A stretch of 64,000 bases of DNA, from assembly GCA_964016885.1 (NCBI GenBank), contig OZ024762.1, positions 29,884,001 through 29,948,000 of the forward strand, read 5' to 3'. Positions 1-14,000 of the stretch are shown piece by piece. Each line of letters opens with the position of its first letter. Position 1 is the stretch's first letter. The DNA comes from Eledone cirrhosa. Taxonomy: Eukaryota. The notes below the pieces were generated by a model that searched no databases, had not been told where the DNA came from, and saw nothing but the letters and a program-made list of their open reading frames with translations. The position numbers and the translations under genes are program-made.

Positions 1-2431
1 CCAACTACGCTTACAGTGTGGAACTGGGAGGTTTTTACCGTGTTGCCTACACGGCCACATTACAGCGTGGACTGTCTGGCGGGTTTTCTACAGCTGGATG
101 CCCTTCCTAACACCAACCACATTTACAGTGTGGACTGGGAGATTTTTACCGTGTTGCCTACACGGCCACATTACAGCGTGGACTGTCTGGCGGGTTTTCT
201 ACGGCTGGATGCCCTTCCTAACACCAACCACATTTACAGTGTGGACTGGGAGGTTTTTACCGTGTTGCTTACACGGCCACATTACAGCGTTGACTGTCTG
301 GCGGGTTTTCTACGGCTGGATGCCCTTCCTAACACCAACCACATTTACAGTGTGGACTGGGAGGATTTTACCGTGTTGCCTACACGGCCACATTACAGCG
401 TGGACTGTCTGGCGGGTTTTCTACGGCTGGATGCCCTTCCTAACACCAACCACATTTAGTATGTGGTTGCGAGGTTTTTACTGTGTTGCTTACACGGCCA
501 CATTATAGCGTGGACTGTCTGGCGGGTTTTCTACGGCTGGATGCCCTTCCTAACACCAACCACATTTACAGTGTGGACTGGGAGGTTTTTACCGTGTTGC
601 CTACACGGCCACATTACAGCGTGGACTGTCTGGCGGGTTATCTACGGCTGGATGCGCTTCCTAACACCAACCACATTTACAGTGTGGACTGGGAGGTTTT
701 TACCGTGTTGCCTACACGGCCACATTACAGCGTGGACTGTCTGGCGGGTTTTCTACGGCTGGATGCCCTTCCTAACACCAACCACATTTACATTGTGGAC
801 TGGGAGATTTTTACCGTGTTGCCTACACGGCCACATTACAGCGTGGACTGACTGGCGGGTTTTCTACAGCTGGATGCTCTTCCTAACACCAACCACATTT
901 ACAGTGTGGACTGGGAGATTTTTACCGTGTTGCCTACACGGCCACATTACAGCGTGGACTGTCTGGCGGGTTTTCTACGGCTGGATGTCCTTCCTAACAC
1001 CAACCACATTTACAGTGTGGGGCTGGGAGGTTTTTACTGTGTTGCCTACACAGCCACATTACAGCGTGGACTGTCTGGCGGGTTTTCTACAGCTGGATGC
1101 CCTTCCTAACACCAACTACGTTTACAGTATGGAACTGGGAGGTTTTTACCGTGTTGCCTACACGGCCACATTACAGCGTGGACTGTCTGGCGGGTTTTCT
1201 ACGGCTGGATGCCCTTCCTAACACCAACCACATTTACAGTGTGGGCTGGGATGTTTTTACTGTGTTGCCTACACGGCCACATTACAGTGTGGACTGTCTG
1301 GCGGGTTTTCTACAGCTGGATGCCCTTCCTAACACCAACTACGCTTACAGTGTGGAACTGGGAGGTTTTTACCGTGTTGCCTACATGGCCACATTACAGC
1401 GTGGACTGTCTGGCGGGTTTTCTACAGCTGGATGCCCTTCCTAACACCAACCACATTTACAGTGTGGACTGGGAGGTTTTTACCGTGTTGCCTACACGGC
1501 CACATTACAGCGTGGACTGTCTGGCGCGTTTTCTACGGCTGGATGCCCTTCCTAACACCAACCACATTTACAGTGTGGACTGGGAGGTTTTTACCGTGTT
1601 GCCTACACGGCCACATTACAGCGTGGACTGTCTGGCGGGTTTTCTACAGCTGGATGCCCTTCCTAACACCAACTACGTTTACAGTGTGGAACTGGGAGGT
1701 TTTTCCCGTGTTGCCTACACGGCCACATTACAGCGTGGACTGTCTGGCGGGTTTTCTACAGCTGGATGCCCTTCCTAACACCAACCACATTTACAGTGTG
1801 GACTGGGAGATTTTTACCGTGTTGCCTACACGGCCACATTACAGCGTGGACTGTCTGGCGGGTTTTCTACGGCTGGATGCCCTTCTTAACACCAACCACA
1901 TTTACAGTGTGGACTGGGAGGTTTTTACCGTGTTGCCTACACGGCCACATTACAGCGTGGACTGTCTGGCGGGTTATCTACGGCTGGATGCCCTTCCTAA
2001 CACCAACCACATTTACAGTATGGAACTGGGAGGTTTTTACCGTGTTGCCTACACGGCCACATTACAGCGTGGACTGTCTGGCGGGTTTTCTACGGCTGGA
2101 TGCTATTCCTAACACCAACCACATTTACCTTTTGGACTGGGAGATTTTTACCGTGTTGCCTACACGGCCACTTTACAGCGTGGACTGACTGGCGGGTTTT
2201 CTACAGCTGGATGCTCTTCCTAACACCAACCACATTTACAGTGTGGACTGGGAGATTTTTACCGTGTTGCCTACAAGGCCACATTACAGCGTGGACTGTC
2301 TGGCGGGTTTTCTACGGCTGGATGCCCTTCCTAACACCAACCACATTTAGTGAGGGGTTGCGAGGTTTTTACTGTGTTGCCTACACGGCCACATTACAGC
2401 GTGGACTGTCTGGCGGGTTTTCTACGGCTGG

Positions 2432-5400
2432 ATGCCCTTCCTAACACCAACCACATTTACATTGTGGACTGGGAGATTTTTACCGTGTTGCCTACACGGC
2501 CACATTACAGCGTGGACTGACTGGCGGGTTTTCTACAGCTTGATGCTCTTCCTAACACCAACCACATTTACAGTGTGGACTGGGAGGTTTTTACCGGGTT
2601 GCCTACACGGCCACATTACAGCGTGGACTGTCTGGCGGGTTATCTACGGCTGGATGCCCTTCCTAACACCAACCACATTTACAGTGTGGACTGGGAGGTT
2701 TTTACCGTGTTGCCTACACGGCCACATTACAGCGTGGACTGTCTGGCGGGTTTTCTACAGCTGGATGCCCTTCCTAACACCAACCACATTTACAGTGTGG
2801 ACTGGGAGATTTTTACCGTGTTGCCTACACGGCCACATTACAGCGTGGACTGTCTGGCGGGTTTTCTACGGCTGGATGCCCTTCCTAACACCAACCACAT
2901 TTACAGTGTGGACTGGGAGGTTTTTACCGTGTTGCCTACACGGCCACATTACAGCGTTGACTGTCTGGCGGGTTTTCTACGGCTGGATGCCCTTCCTAAC
3001 ACCAACCACATTTACAGTGTGGACTGGGAGGTTTTTACCGTGTTGCCTACACGGCCACATTACAGCGTGGACTGTCTGGCGGGTTTTCTACGGCTGGATG
3101 CCCTTCCTAACACCAACCACATTTAGTGTGGGGTTGCGAGGTTTTTACTGTGTTGCTTACACGGCCACATTATAGCGTGGACTGTCTGGCGGGTTTTCTA
3201 CGGCTGGATGCCCTTCCTAACACCAACCACATTTACAGTGTGGACTGGGAGGTTTTTACCGTGTTGCCTACACGGCCACATTACAGCGTGGACTGTCTGG
3301 CGGGTTATCTACGGCTGGATGCGCTTCCTAACACCAACCACATTTACAGTGTGGACTGGGAGGTTTTTACCGTGTTGCCTACACGGCCACATTACAGCGT
3401 GGACTGTCTGGCGGGTTTTCTACGGCTGGATGCCCTTCCTAACACCAACCACATTTACATTGTGGACTGGGAGATTTTTACCGTGTTGCCTACACGGCCA
3501 CATTACAGCGTGGACTGTCTGGCGGGTTTTCTACAGCTGGATGCTCTTCCTAACACCAACCACATTTACAGTGTGGACTGGGAGATTTTTACCGTGTTGC
3601 CTACACGGCCACATTACAGCGTGGACTGTCTGGCGGGTTTTCTACGGCTGGATGTCCTTCCTAACACCAACCACATTTACAGTGTGGGGCTGGGAGGTTT
3701 TTACTGTGTTGCCTACACAGCCACATTACAGCGTGGACTGTCTGGCGGGTTTTCTACAGCTGGATGCCCTTCCTAACACCAACTACGTTTACAGTGTGGA
3801 ACTGGGAGGTTTTTACCGTGTTGCCTACACGGCCACATTACAGCGTGGACTGTCTGGCGGGTTTTCTACGGCTGGATGCCCTTCCTAACACCAACCACAT
3901 TTACAGTGTGGGCTGGGAGGTTTTTACCGTGTTGCCTACACGGCCACATTACAGTGTGGACTGTCTGGCGGGTTTTCTACAGCTGGATGCCCTTCCTAAC
4001 ACCAACTACGCTTACAGTGTGGAACTGGGAGGTTTTTACCGTGTTGCCTACACGGCCACATTACAGCGTGGACTGTCTGGCGGGTTTTCTACAGCTGGAT
4101 GCCCTTCCTAACATCAACCACATTTACAGTGTGGACTGGGAGATTTTTACCGTGTTGCCTACACGGCCACATTACAGCGTGGACTGTCTGGCGCGTTTTC
4201 TACGGCTGGATGCCCTTCCTAACACCAACCACATTTACAGTGTGGACTGGGAGGTTTTTACCGTGTGGCCTACACGGCCACATTACAGCGTGGACTGTCT
4301 GGCGGGTTTTCTACGGCTGGATGCCCTTCCTAACACCAACCACATTTACAGTGTGGACTGGGAGGTTTTTACCGTGTTGCCTACAAGGCCACATTACAGC
4401 GTGGACTGTCTGGCGGGTTTTCTACGACTGGATGCCCTTCCTAACACCAACCACATTTACATTGTGGACTGGGAGATTTTTACCGTGTTGCCTACACGGC
4501 CACATTACAGCGTGGACTGTCTGGCGGGTTTTCTACAGCTGGATGCCCTTCCTAACACCAACCACATTTACAGTGTGAACTGGGAGATTTTTACCGTGTT
4601 GCCTACACGGCCACATTACAGCGTGGACTGTCTGGCGGGTTTTCTACGGCTGGATGCCCTTCCTAACACCAACCACATTTACATTGTGGACTGGGAGATT
4701 TTTACCGTGTTGCCTACACGGCCACATTACAGCGTGGACTGACTGGCGGGTTTTCTACAGCTTGATGCTCTTCCTAACACCAACCACATTTACAGTGTGG
4801 ACTGGGAGGTTTTTACCGGGTTGCCTACACGGCCACATTACAGCGTGGACTGTCTGGCGGGTTATCTACGGCTGGATGCCCTTCCTAACACCAACCACAT
4901 TTACAGTGTGGACTGGGAGGTTTTTACCGTGTTGCCTACACGGCCACATTACAGCGTGGACTGTCTGGCGGGTTTTCTACAGCTGGATGCCCTTCCTAAC
5001 ACCAACCACATTTACAGTGTGGACTGGGAGATTTTTACCGTGTTGCCTACACGGCCACATTACAGCGTGGACTGTCTGGCGGGTTTTCTACGGCTGGATG
5101 CCCTTCCTAACACCAACCACATTTACAGTGTGGACTGGGAGGTTTTTACCGTGTTGCCTACACGGCCACATTACAGCGTTGACTGTCTGGCGGGTTTTCT
5201 ACGGCTGGATGCCCTTCCTAACACCAACCACATTTACAGTGTGGACTGGGAGGTTTTTACCGTGTTGCCTACACGGCCACATTACAGCGTGGACTGTCTG
5301 GCGGGTTTTCTACGGCTGGATGCCCTTCCTAACACCAACCACATTTAGTGTGGGGTTGCGAGGTTTTTACTGTGTTGCTTACACGGCCACATTATAGCGT

Positions 5401-6875
5401 GGACTGTCTGGCGGGTTTTCTACGGCTGGATGCCCTTCCTAACACCAACCACATTTACAGTGTGGACTGGGAGGTTTTTACCGTGTTGCCTACACGGCCA
5501 CATTACAGCGTGGACTGTCTGGCGGGTTATCTACGGCTGGATGCGCTTCCTAACACCAACCACATTTACAGTGTGGACTGGGAGGTTTTTACCGTGTTGC
5601 CTACACGGCCACATTACAGCGTGGACTGTCTGGCGGGTTTTCTACGGCTGGATGCCCTTCCTAACACCAACCACATTTACATTGTGGACTGGGAGATTTT
5701 TACCGTGTTGCCTACACGGCCACATTACAGCGTGGACTGTCTGGCGGGTTTTCTACAGCTGGATGCTCTTCCTAACACCAACCACATTTACAGTGTGGAC
5801 TGGGAGATTTTTACCGTGTTGCCTACACGGCCACATTACAGCGTGGACTGTCTGGCGGGATTTCTACGGCTGGATGTCCTTCCTAACACCAACCACATTT
5901 ACAGTGTGGGGCTGGGAGGTTTTTACTGTGTTGCCTACACAGCCACATTACAGCGTGGACTGTCTGGCGGGTTTTCTACAGCTGGATGCCCTTCCTAACA
6001 CCAACTACGTTTACAGTGTGGAACTGGGAGGTTTTTACCGTGTTGCCTACACGGCCACATTACAGCGTGGACTGTCTGGCGGGTTTTCTACGGCTGGATG
6101 CCCTTCCTAACACCAACCACATTTACAGTGTGGGCTGGGAGGTTTTTACCGTGTTGCCTACACGGCCACATTACAGTGTGGACTGTCTGGCGGGTTTTCT
6201 ACAGCTGGATGCCCTTCCTAACACCAACTACGCTTACAGTGTGGAATTGGGAGGTTTTTACCGTGTTGCCTACACGGCCACATTACAGCGTGGACTGTCT
6301 GGCGGGTTTTCTACAGCTGGATGCCCTTCCTAACATCAACCACATTTACAGTGTGGACTGGGAGATTTTTACCGTGTTGCCTACACGGCCACATTACAGC
6401 GTGGACTGTCTGGCGCGTTTTCTACGGCTGGATGCCCTTCCTAACACCAACCACATTTACAGTGTGGACTGGGAGGTTTTTACCGTGTGGCCTACACGGC
6501 CACATTACAGCGTGGACTGTCTGGCGGGTTTTCTACGGCTGGATGCCCTTCCTAACACCAACCACATTTACAGTGTGGACTGGGAGGTTTTTACCGTGTT
6601 GCCTACAAGGCCACATTACAGCGTGGACTGTCTGGCGGGTTTTCTACGACTGGATGCCCTTCCTAACACCAACCACATTTACATTGTGGACTGGGAGATT
6701 TTTACCGTGTTGCCTACACGGCCACATTACAGCGTGGACTGTCTGGCGGGTTTTCTACAGCTGGATGCCCTTCCTAACACCAACCACATTTACAGTGTGA
6801 ACTGGGAGATTTTTACCGTGTTGCCTACACGGCCACATTACAGCGTGGACTGTCTGGCGGGTTTTCTACGGCTGG
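2432..6875. repeat. Near-identical tandem duplication of a 2222-bp (20-monomer) block within the 111-bp array
   Basis: Matching ORF-track entries are offset by 2222 (2432/4654, 2575/4797, 3126/5348, 3764/5986, 4099/6321). Private variants (CTTGATG, ACATCAACC, GTGTGAAC, CGACTGG) recur at this offset. Boundaries are approximate. Confidence 0.9.
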
Positions 6876-8097
6876 ATGCCCTTCCTAACACCAACCACAT
6901 TTACAGTGTGGACTGGGAGGTTTTTACCGGGTTGCCTACACGGCCACATTACAGCGTGGACTGTCTGGCGGGTTTTCTACAGCTGGATGCCCTTCCTAAC
7001 ACCAACCACATTTACAGTGTGGACTGGGAGGTTTTTACCGTGTTGCCTACACGGCCACATTACAGCGTGGACTGTCTGGCGGGTTATCTACGGCTGGATG
7101 CCCTTCCTAACACCAACCACATTTACAGTGTGGACTGGGAGGTTTTTACCGTGTTGCCTACACGGCCACATTACAGCGTGGACTGTCTGGCGGGTTTTCT
7201 ACAGCTGGATGCCCTTCCTAACACCAACTACGCTTACAGTGTGGAACTGGGAGGTTTTTACCGTGTTGCCTACACGGCCACATTACAGCGTGGACTGTCT
7301 GGCGGGTTTTCTACAGCTGGATGCCCTTCCTAACACCAACCACATTTACAGTGTGGACTGGGAGATTTTTACCGTGTTGCCTACACGGCCACATTACAGC
7401 GTGGACTGTCTGGCGGGTTTTCTACGGCTGGATGCCCTTCCTAACACCAACCACATTTACAGTGTGGACTGGGAGGTTTTTACCGTGTTGCCTACACGGC
7501 CACATTACAGCGTGGACTGTCTGGCGGGTTTTCTACGGCTGGATGCCCTTCCTAACACCAACCACATTTAGTGTGGGGTTGCGAGGTTTTTACTGTGTTG
7601 CTTACACGGCCACATTATAGCGTGGACTGTCTGGCGGGTTTTCTACGGCTGGATGCCCTTCCTAACACCAACCACATTTACAGTGTGGACTGGGAGGTTT
7701 TTACCGTGTTGCCTACACGGCCACATTACAGCGTGGACTGTCTGGCGGGTTATCTACGGCTGGATGCGCTTCCTAACACCAACCACATTTACAGTGTGGA
7801 CTGGGAGGTTTTTACCGTGTTGCCTACACGGCCACATTACAGCGTGGACTGTCTGGCGGGTTTTCTACAGCTGGATGCTCTTCCTAACACCAACCACATT
7901 TACAGTGTGGACTGGGAGATTTTTACCGTGTTGCCTACACGGCCACATTACAGCGTGGATTGTCTGGCGGGTTTTCTACGGCTGGATGTCCTTCCTAACA
8001 CCAACCACATTTACAGTGTGGGGCTGGGAGGTTTTTACTGTGTTGCCTACACAGCCACATTACAGCGTGGACTGTCTGGCGGGTTTTCTACAGCTGG

Positions 8098-11000
8098 ATG
8101 CCCTTCCTAACACCAACTACGCTTACAGTGTGGAACTGGGAGGTTTTTACCGTGTTGCCTACACGGCCACATTACAGCGTGGACTGTCTGGCGGGTTTTC
8201 TACAGCTGGATGCCCTTCCTAACACCAACCACATTTACAGTGTGGACTGGGAGATTTTTACCGTGTTGCCTACACGGCCACATTACAGCGTGGACTGTCT
8301 GGCGCGTTTTCTACGGCTGGATGCCCTTCCTAACACCAACCACATTTACAGTGTGGACTGGGAGGTTTTTACCGTGTTGCCTACACGGCCACATTACAGC
8401 GTGGACTGTCTGGCGGGTTTTCTACGGCTGGATGCCCTTCCTAACACCAACCACTTTTACAGTGTGGACTGGGAGGTTTTTACCGTGTTGCCTACAAGGC
8501 CACATTACAGCGTGGCCTGTCTGGCGGGTTTTCTACGGCTGGATGCCCTTCCTAACACCAACCACATTTACATTGTGGACAGGGAGATTTTTACCGTGTT
8601 GCCTACACGGCCACATTACAGCGTGGACTGTCTGGCGGGTTTTCTACAGCTGGATGCCCTTCCTAACACCAACCACATTTACAGTGTGGACTGGGAGATT
8701 TTTACCGTGTTGCCTACACGGCCACATTACAGCGTGGACTGTCTGGCGGGTTTTCTACGGCTGGATGCCCTTCCTAACACCAACCACATTTACAGTGTGG
8801 ACTGGGAGGTTTTTACCGGGTTGCCTACACGGCCACATTACAGCGTGGACTGTCTGGCGGGTTATCTACGGCTGGATGCCCTTCCTAACACCAACCACAT
8901 TTACAGTGTGGACTGGGAGGTTTTTACCGTGTTGCCTACACGGCCACATTACAGCGTGGACTGTCTGGCGGGTTTTCTACAGCTGGATGCCCTTCCTAAC
9001 ACCAACTACGTTTACAGTGTGGAACTGGGAGGTTTTTCCCGTGTTGCCTACACGGCCACATTACAGCGTGGACTGTCTGGCGGGTTTTCTACAGCTGGAT
9101 GCTCTTCCTAACACCAACCACATTTAGTGTGGGGTTGCGAAGTTTTTACTGTGTTGCCTACACGGCCACATTACAGCGTGGACTGTCTGGCGGGTTTTCT
9201 ACGGCTGGATGCCCTTCCTAACACCAACCACATTTACAGTGTGGGGCTGGGAGGTTTTTAACGTGTTGCCTACACAGCCACATTACAGCGTGGACTGTCT
9301 GGCGTGTTTTCTACAGCTGGATGCCCTTCCTAACACCAACCACATTTACAGTGTGGACTGGGAGATTTTTATCGTGTTGCCTACACGGCCACATTACAGC
9401 GTGGACTGACTGGCGGGTTTTCTACAGCTGGATGCTCTTCCTAACACCAACCACATTTACAGTGTGGACTGGGAGATTTTTACCGTGTTGCCTACACGGC
9501 CACATTACAGCGTGGACTGTCTGGCGGGTTTTCTACGGCTGGATGTCCTTCCTAACACCAACCACATTTACAGTGTGGGGCTGGGAGGTTTTTACTGTGT
9601 TGCCTACGCAGCCACATTACAGCGTGGACTGTCTGGCGGGTTTTCTACAGCTGGATGCCCTTCCTAACACCAACTACGCTTACAGTGTGGAACTGGGAGG
9701 TTTTTACCGTGTTGCCTACACGGCCACATTACAGCGTGGACTGTCTGGCGGGTTTTCTACAGCTGGATGCCCTTCCTAACACCAACCACATTTACATTGT
9801 GGACTGGGAGATTTTTACCGTGTTGCCTACACGGCCACATTACAGCGTGGACTGTCTGGCGGGTTTTCTACGGCTGGATGCCCTTCCTAACACCAACCAC
9901 ATTTACAGTGTGGACTGGGAGGTTTTTACCGTGTTGCCTACACGGCCACATTACAGCGTTGACAGTCTGGCGGGTTTTCTACGGCTGGATGCCCTTCCTA
10001 ACACCAACCACATTTACAGTGTGGACTGGGAGGTTTTTACCGTGTTGCCTACACGGCCACATTACAGCGTGGACTGTCTGGCGGGTTTTCTACAGCTGGA
10101 TGCCCTTCCTAACACCAACTACGTTTACAGTGTGGAACTGGGAGGTTTTTCCCGTGTTGCCTACACGGCCACATTACAGCGTGGACTGTCTGGCGGGTTT
10201 TCTACAGCTGGATGACCTTCCTAACACCAACCACATTTACAGTGTGGACTGGGAGATTTTTACCGTGTTGCCTACACGGCCACATTACAGCGTGGACTGT
10301 CTGGCGGGTTTTCTACGGCTGGATGCTATTCCTAACACCAACCACATTTACAGTGTGGACTGGGAGGTTTTTACCGTGTTGCCTACACGGCCACATTACA
10401 GCGTGGACTGTCTGGCGGGTTATCTACGGCTGGATGCCCTTCCTAACACCAACCACATTTACAGTGTGGAACTGGGAGGTTTTTACCGTGTTGCCTACAC
10501 GGCCACATTACAGCGTGGACTGTCTGGCGGGTTTTCTACGGCTGGATGCTATTCCTAACACCAACCACATTTACATTTTGGACTGGGAGATTTTTACCGT
10601 GTTGCCTACACGGCCACATTACAGCGTGGACTGACTGGCGGGTTTTCTACAGCTGGATGCTCTTCCTAACACCAACCACATTTACAGTGTGCACTGGGAG
10701 ATTTTTACCGTGTTGCCTACACGGCCACATTACAGCGTGGACTGTCTGGCGGGTTTTCTACGGCTGGATGCCCTTCCTAACACCAACCACATTTAGTGTG
10801 GGGTTGCGAAGTTTTTACTGTGTTGCCTACACGGCCACATTACAGCGTGGACTGCCTGGCGGGTTTTCTACGGCTGGATGCCCTTCCTAACACCAACCAC
10901 ATTTACAGTGTGGGGATGGGAGGTTTTTACCGTGTTGCCTACACAGCCACATTACAGCGTGGACTGTCTGGCGTGTTTTCTACAGCTGGATGCCCTTCCT

Positions 11001-14000
11001 AACACCAACCACATTTACAGTGTGGACTGGGAGATTTTTATCGTGTTGCCTACACGGCCACATTACAGCGTGGACTGCCTGGCGGGTTTTCTACGGCTGG
11101 ATGTCCTTCCTAACACCAACCACATTTACAGTGTGGGGCTGGGAGGTTTTTACTGTGTTGCCTACGCAGCCACATTACAGCGTGGACTGTCTGGCGGGTT
11201 TTCTACAGCTGGATGCCCTTCCTAACACCAACTAGGCTTACAGTGTGGAACTGGGAGGTTTTTACCGTGTTGCCTACACGGCCACATTACAGCGTGGACT
11301 GTCTGGCGGGTTTTCTACAGCTGGATGCCCTTCCTAACACCAACCACATTTACATTGTGGACTGGGAGATTTTTACCGTGTTGCCTACACGGCCACATTA
11401 CAGCGTGGACTGTCTGGCGGGTTTTCTACGGCTGGATGCCCTTCCTAACACCAACCACATTTACAGTGTGGACTGGGAGGTTTTTACCGTGTTGCCTACA
11501 CGGCCACATTACAGCGTGGACTGTCTGGCGGGTTTTCTACGGCTGGATGCCCTTCCTAACACCAACCACATTTACAGTGTGGACTGGGAGGTTTTTACCG
11601 TGTTGCCTACAAGGCCACATTACAGCGTGGCCTGTCTGGCGGGTTTTCTACAGCTGGATGCCCTTCCTAACACCAACTACGCTTACAGTGTGGAACTGGG
11701 AGGTTTTTACCGTGTTGCCTACACGGCCACATTACAGCGTGGACTGTCTGGCGGGTTTTCTACAGCTGGATGCCCTTCCTAACACCAACCACATTTACAG
11801 TGTGGACTGGGAGATTTTTACCGTGTTGCCTACACGGCCACATTACAGCGTGGACTGTCTGGCGCGTTTTCTACGGCTGGATGCCCTTCCTAACACCAAC
11901 CACATTTACAGTGTGGACTGGGAGGTTTTTACCGTGTTGCCTACACGGCCACATTACAGCGTGGACTGTCTGGCGGGTTTTCTACGGCTGGATGCCCTTC
12001 CTAACACCAACCACTTTTACAGTGTGGACTGGGAGGTTTTTACCGTGTTGCCTACAAGGCCACATTACAGCGTGGCCTGTCTGGCGGGTTTTCTACGGCT
12101 GGATGCCCTTCCTAACACCAACCACATTTACATTGTGGACAGGGAGATTTTTACCGTGTTGCCTACACGGCCACATTACAGCGTGGACTGTCTGGCGGGT
12201 TTTCTACAGCTGGATGCCCTTCCTAACACCAACCACATTTACAGTGTGGACTGGGAGATTTTTACCGTGTTGCCTACACGGCCACATTACAGCGTGGACT
12301 GTCTGGCGGGTTTTCTACGGCTGGATGCCCTTCCTAACACCAACCACATTTACAGTGTGGACTGGGAGGTTTTTACCGGGTTGCCTACACGGCCACATTA
12401 CAGCGTGGACTGTCTGGCGGGTTATCTACGGCTGGATGCCCTTCCTAACACCAACCACATTTACAGTGTGGACTGGGAGGTTTTTACCGTGTTGCCTACA
12501 CGGCCACATTACAGCGTGGACTGTCTGGCGGGTTTTCTACAGCTGGATGCCCTTCCTAACACCAACTACGTTTACAGTGTGGAACTGGGAGGTTTTTCCC
12601 GTGTTGCCTACACGGCCACATTACAGCGTGGACTGTCTGGCGGGTTTTCTACAGCTGGATGCTCTTCCTAACACCAACCACATTTAGTGTGGGGTTGCGA
12701 AGTTTTTACTGTGTTGCCTACACGGCCACATTACAGCGTGGACTGTCTGGCGGGTTTTCTACGGCTGGATGCCCTTCCTAACACCAACCACATTTACAGT
12801 GTGGGGCTGGGAGGTTTTTAACGTGTTGCCTACACAGCCACATTACAGCGTGGACTGTCTGGCGTGTTTTCTACAGCTGGATGCCCTTCCTAACACCAAC
12901 CACATTTACAGTGTGGACTGGGAGATTTTTATCGTGTTGCCTACACGGCCACATTACAGCGTGGACTGACTGGCGGGTTTTCTACAGCTGGATGCTCTTC
13001 CTAACACCAACCACATTTACAGTGTGGACTGGGAGATTTTTACCGTGTTGCCTACACGGCCACATTACAGCGTGGACTGTCTGGCGGGTTTTCTACGGCT
13101 GGATGTCCTTCCTAACACCAACCACATTTACAGTGTGGGGCTGGGAGGTTTTTACTGTGTTGCCTACGCAGCCACATTACAGCGTGGACTGTCTGGCGGG
13201 TTTTCTACAGCTGGATGCCCTTCCTAACACCAACTACGCTTACAGTGTGGAACTGGGAGGTTTTTACCGTGTTGCCTACACGGCCACATTACAGCGTGGA
13301 CTGTCTGGCGGGTTTTCTACAGCTGGATGCCCTTCCTAACACCAACCACATTTACATTGTGGACTGGGAGATTTTTACCGTGTTGCCTACACGGCCACAT
13401 TACAGCGTGGACTGTCTGGCGGGTTTTCTACGGCTGGATGCCCTTCCTAACACCAACCACATTTACAGTGTGGACTGGGAGGTTTTTACCGTGTTGCCTA
13501 CACGGCCACATTACAGCGTTGACAGTCTGGCGGGTTTTCTACGGCTGGATGCCCTTCCTAACACCAACCACATTTACAGTGTGGACTGGGAGGTTTTTAC
13601 CGTGTTGCCTACACGGCCACATTACAGCGTGGACTGTCTGGCGGGTTTTCTACAGCTGGATGCCCTTCCTAACACCAACTACGTTTACAGTGTGGAACTG
13701 GGAGGTTTTTCCCGTGTTGCCTACACGGCCACATTACAGCGTGGACTGTCTGGCGGGTTTTCTACAGCTGGATGACCTTCCTAACACCAACCACATTTAC
13801 AGTGTGGACTGGGAGATTTTTACCGTGTTGCCTACACGGCCACATTACAGCGTGGACTGTCTGGCGGGTTTTCTACGGCTGGATGCTATTCCTAACACCA
13901 ACCACATTTACAGTGTGGACTGGGAGGTTTTTACCGTGTTGCCTACACGGCCACATTACAGCGTGGACTGTCTGGCGGGTTATCTACGGCTGGATGCCCT

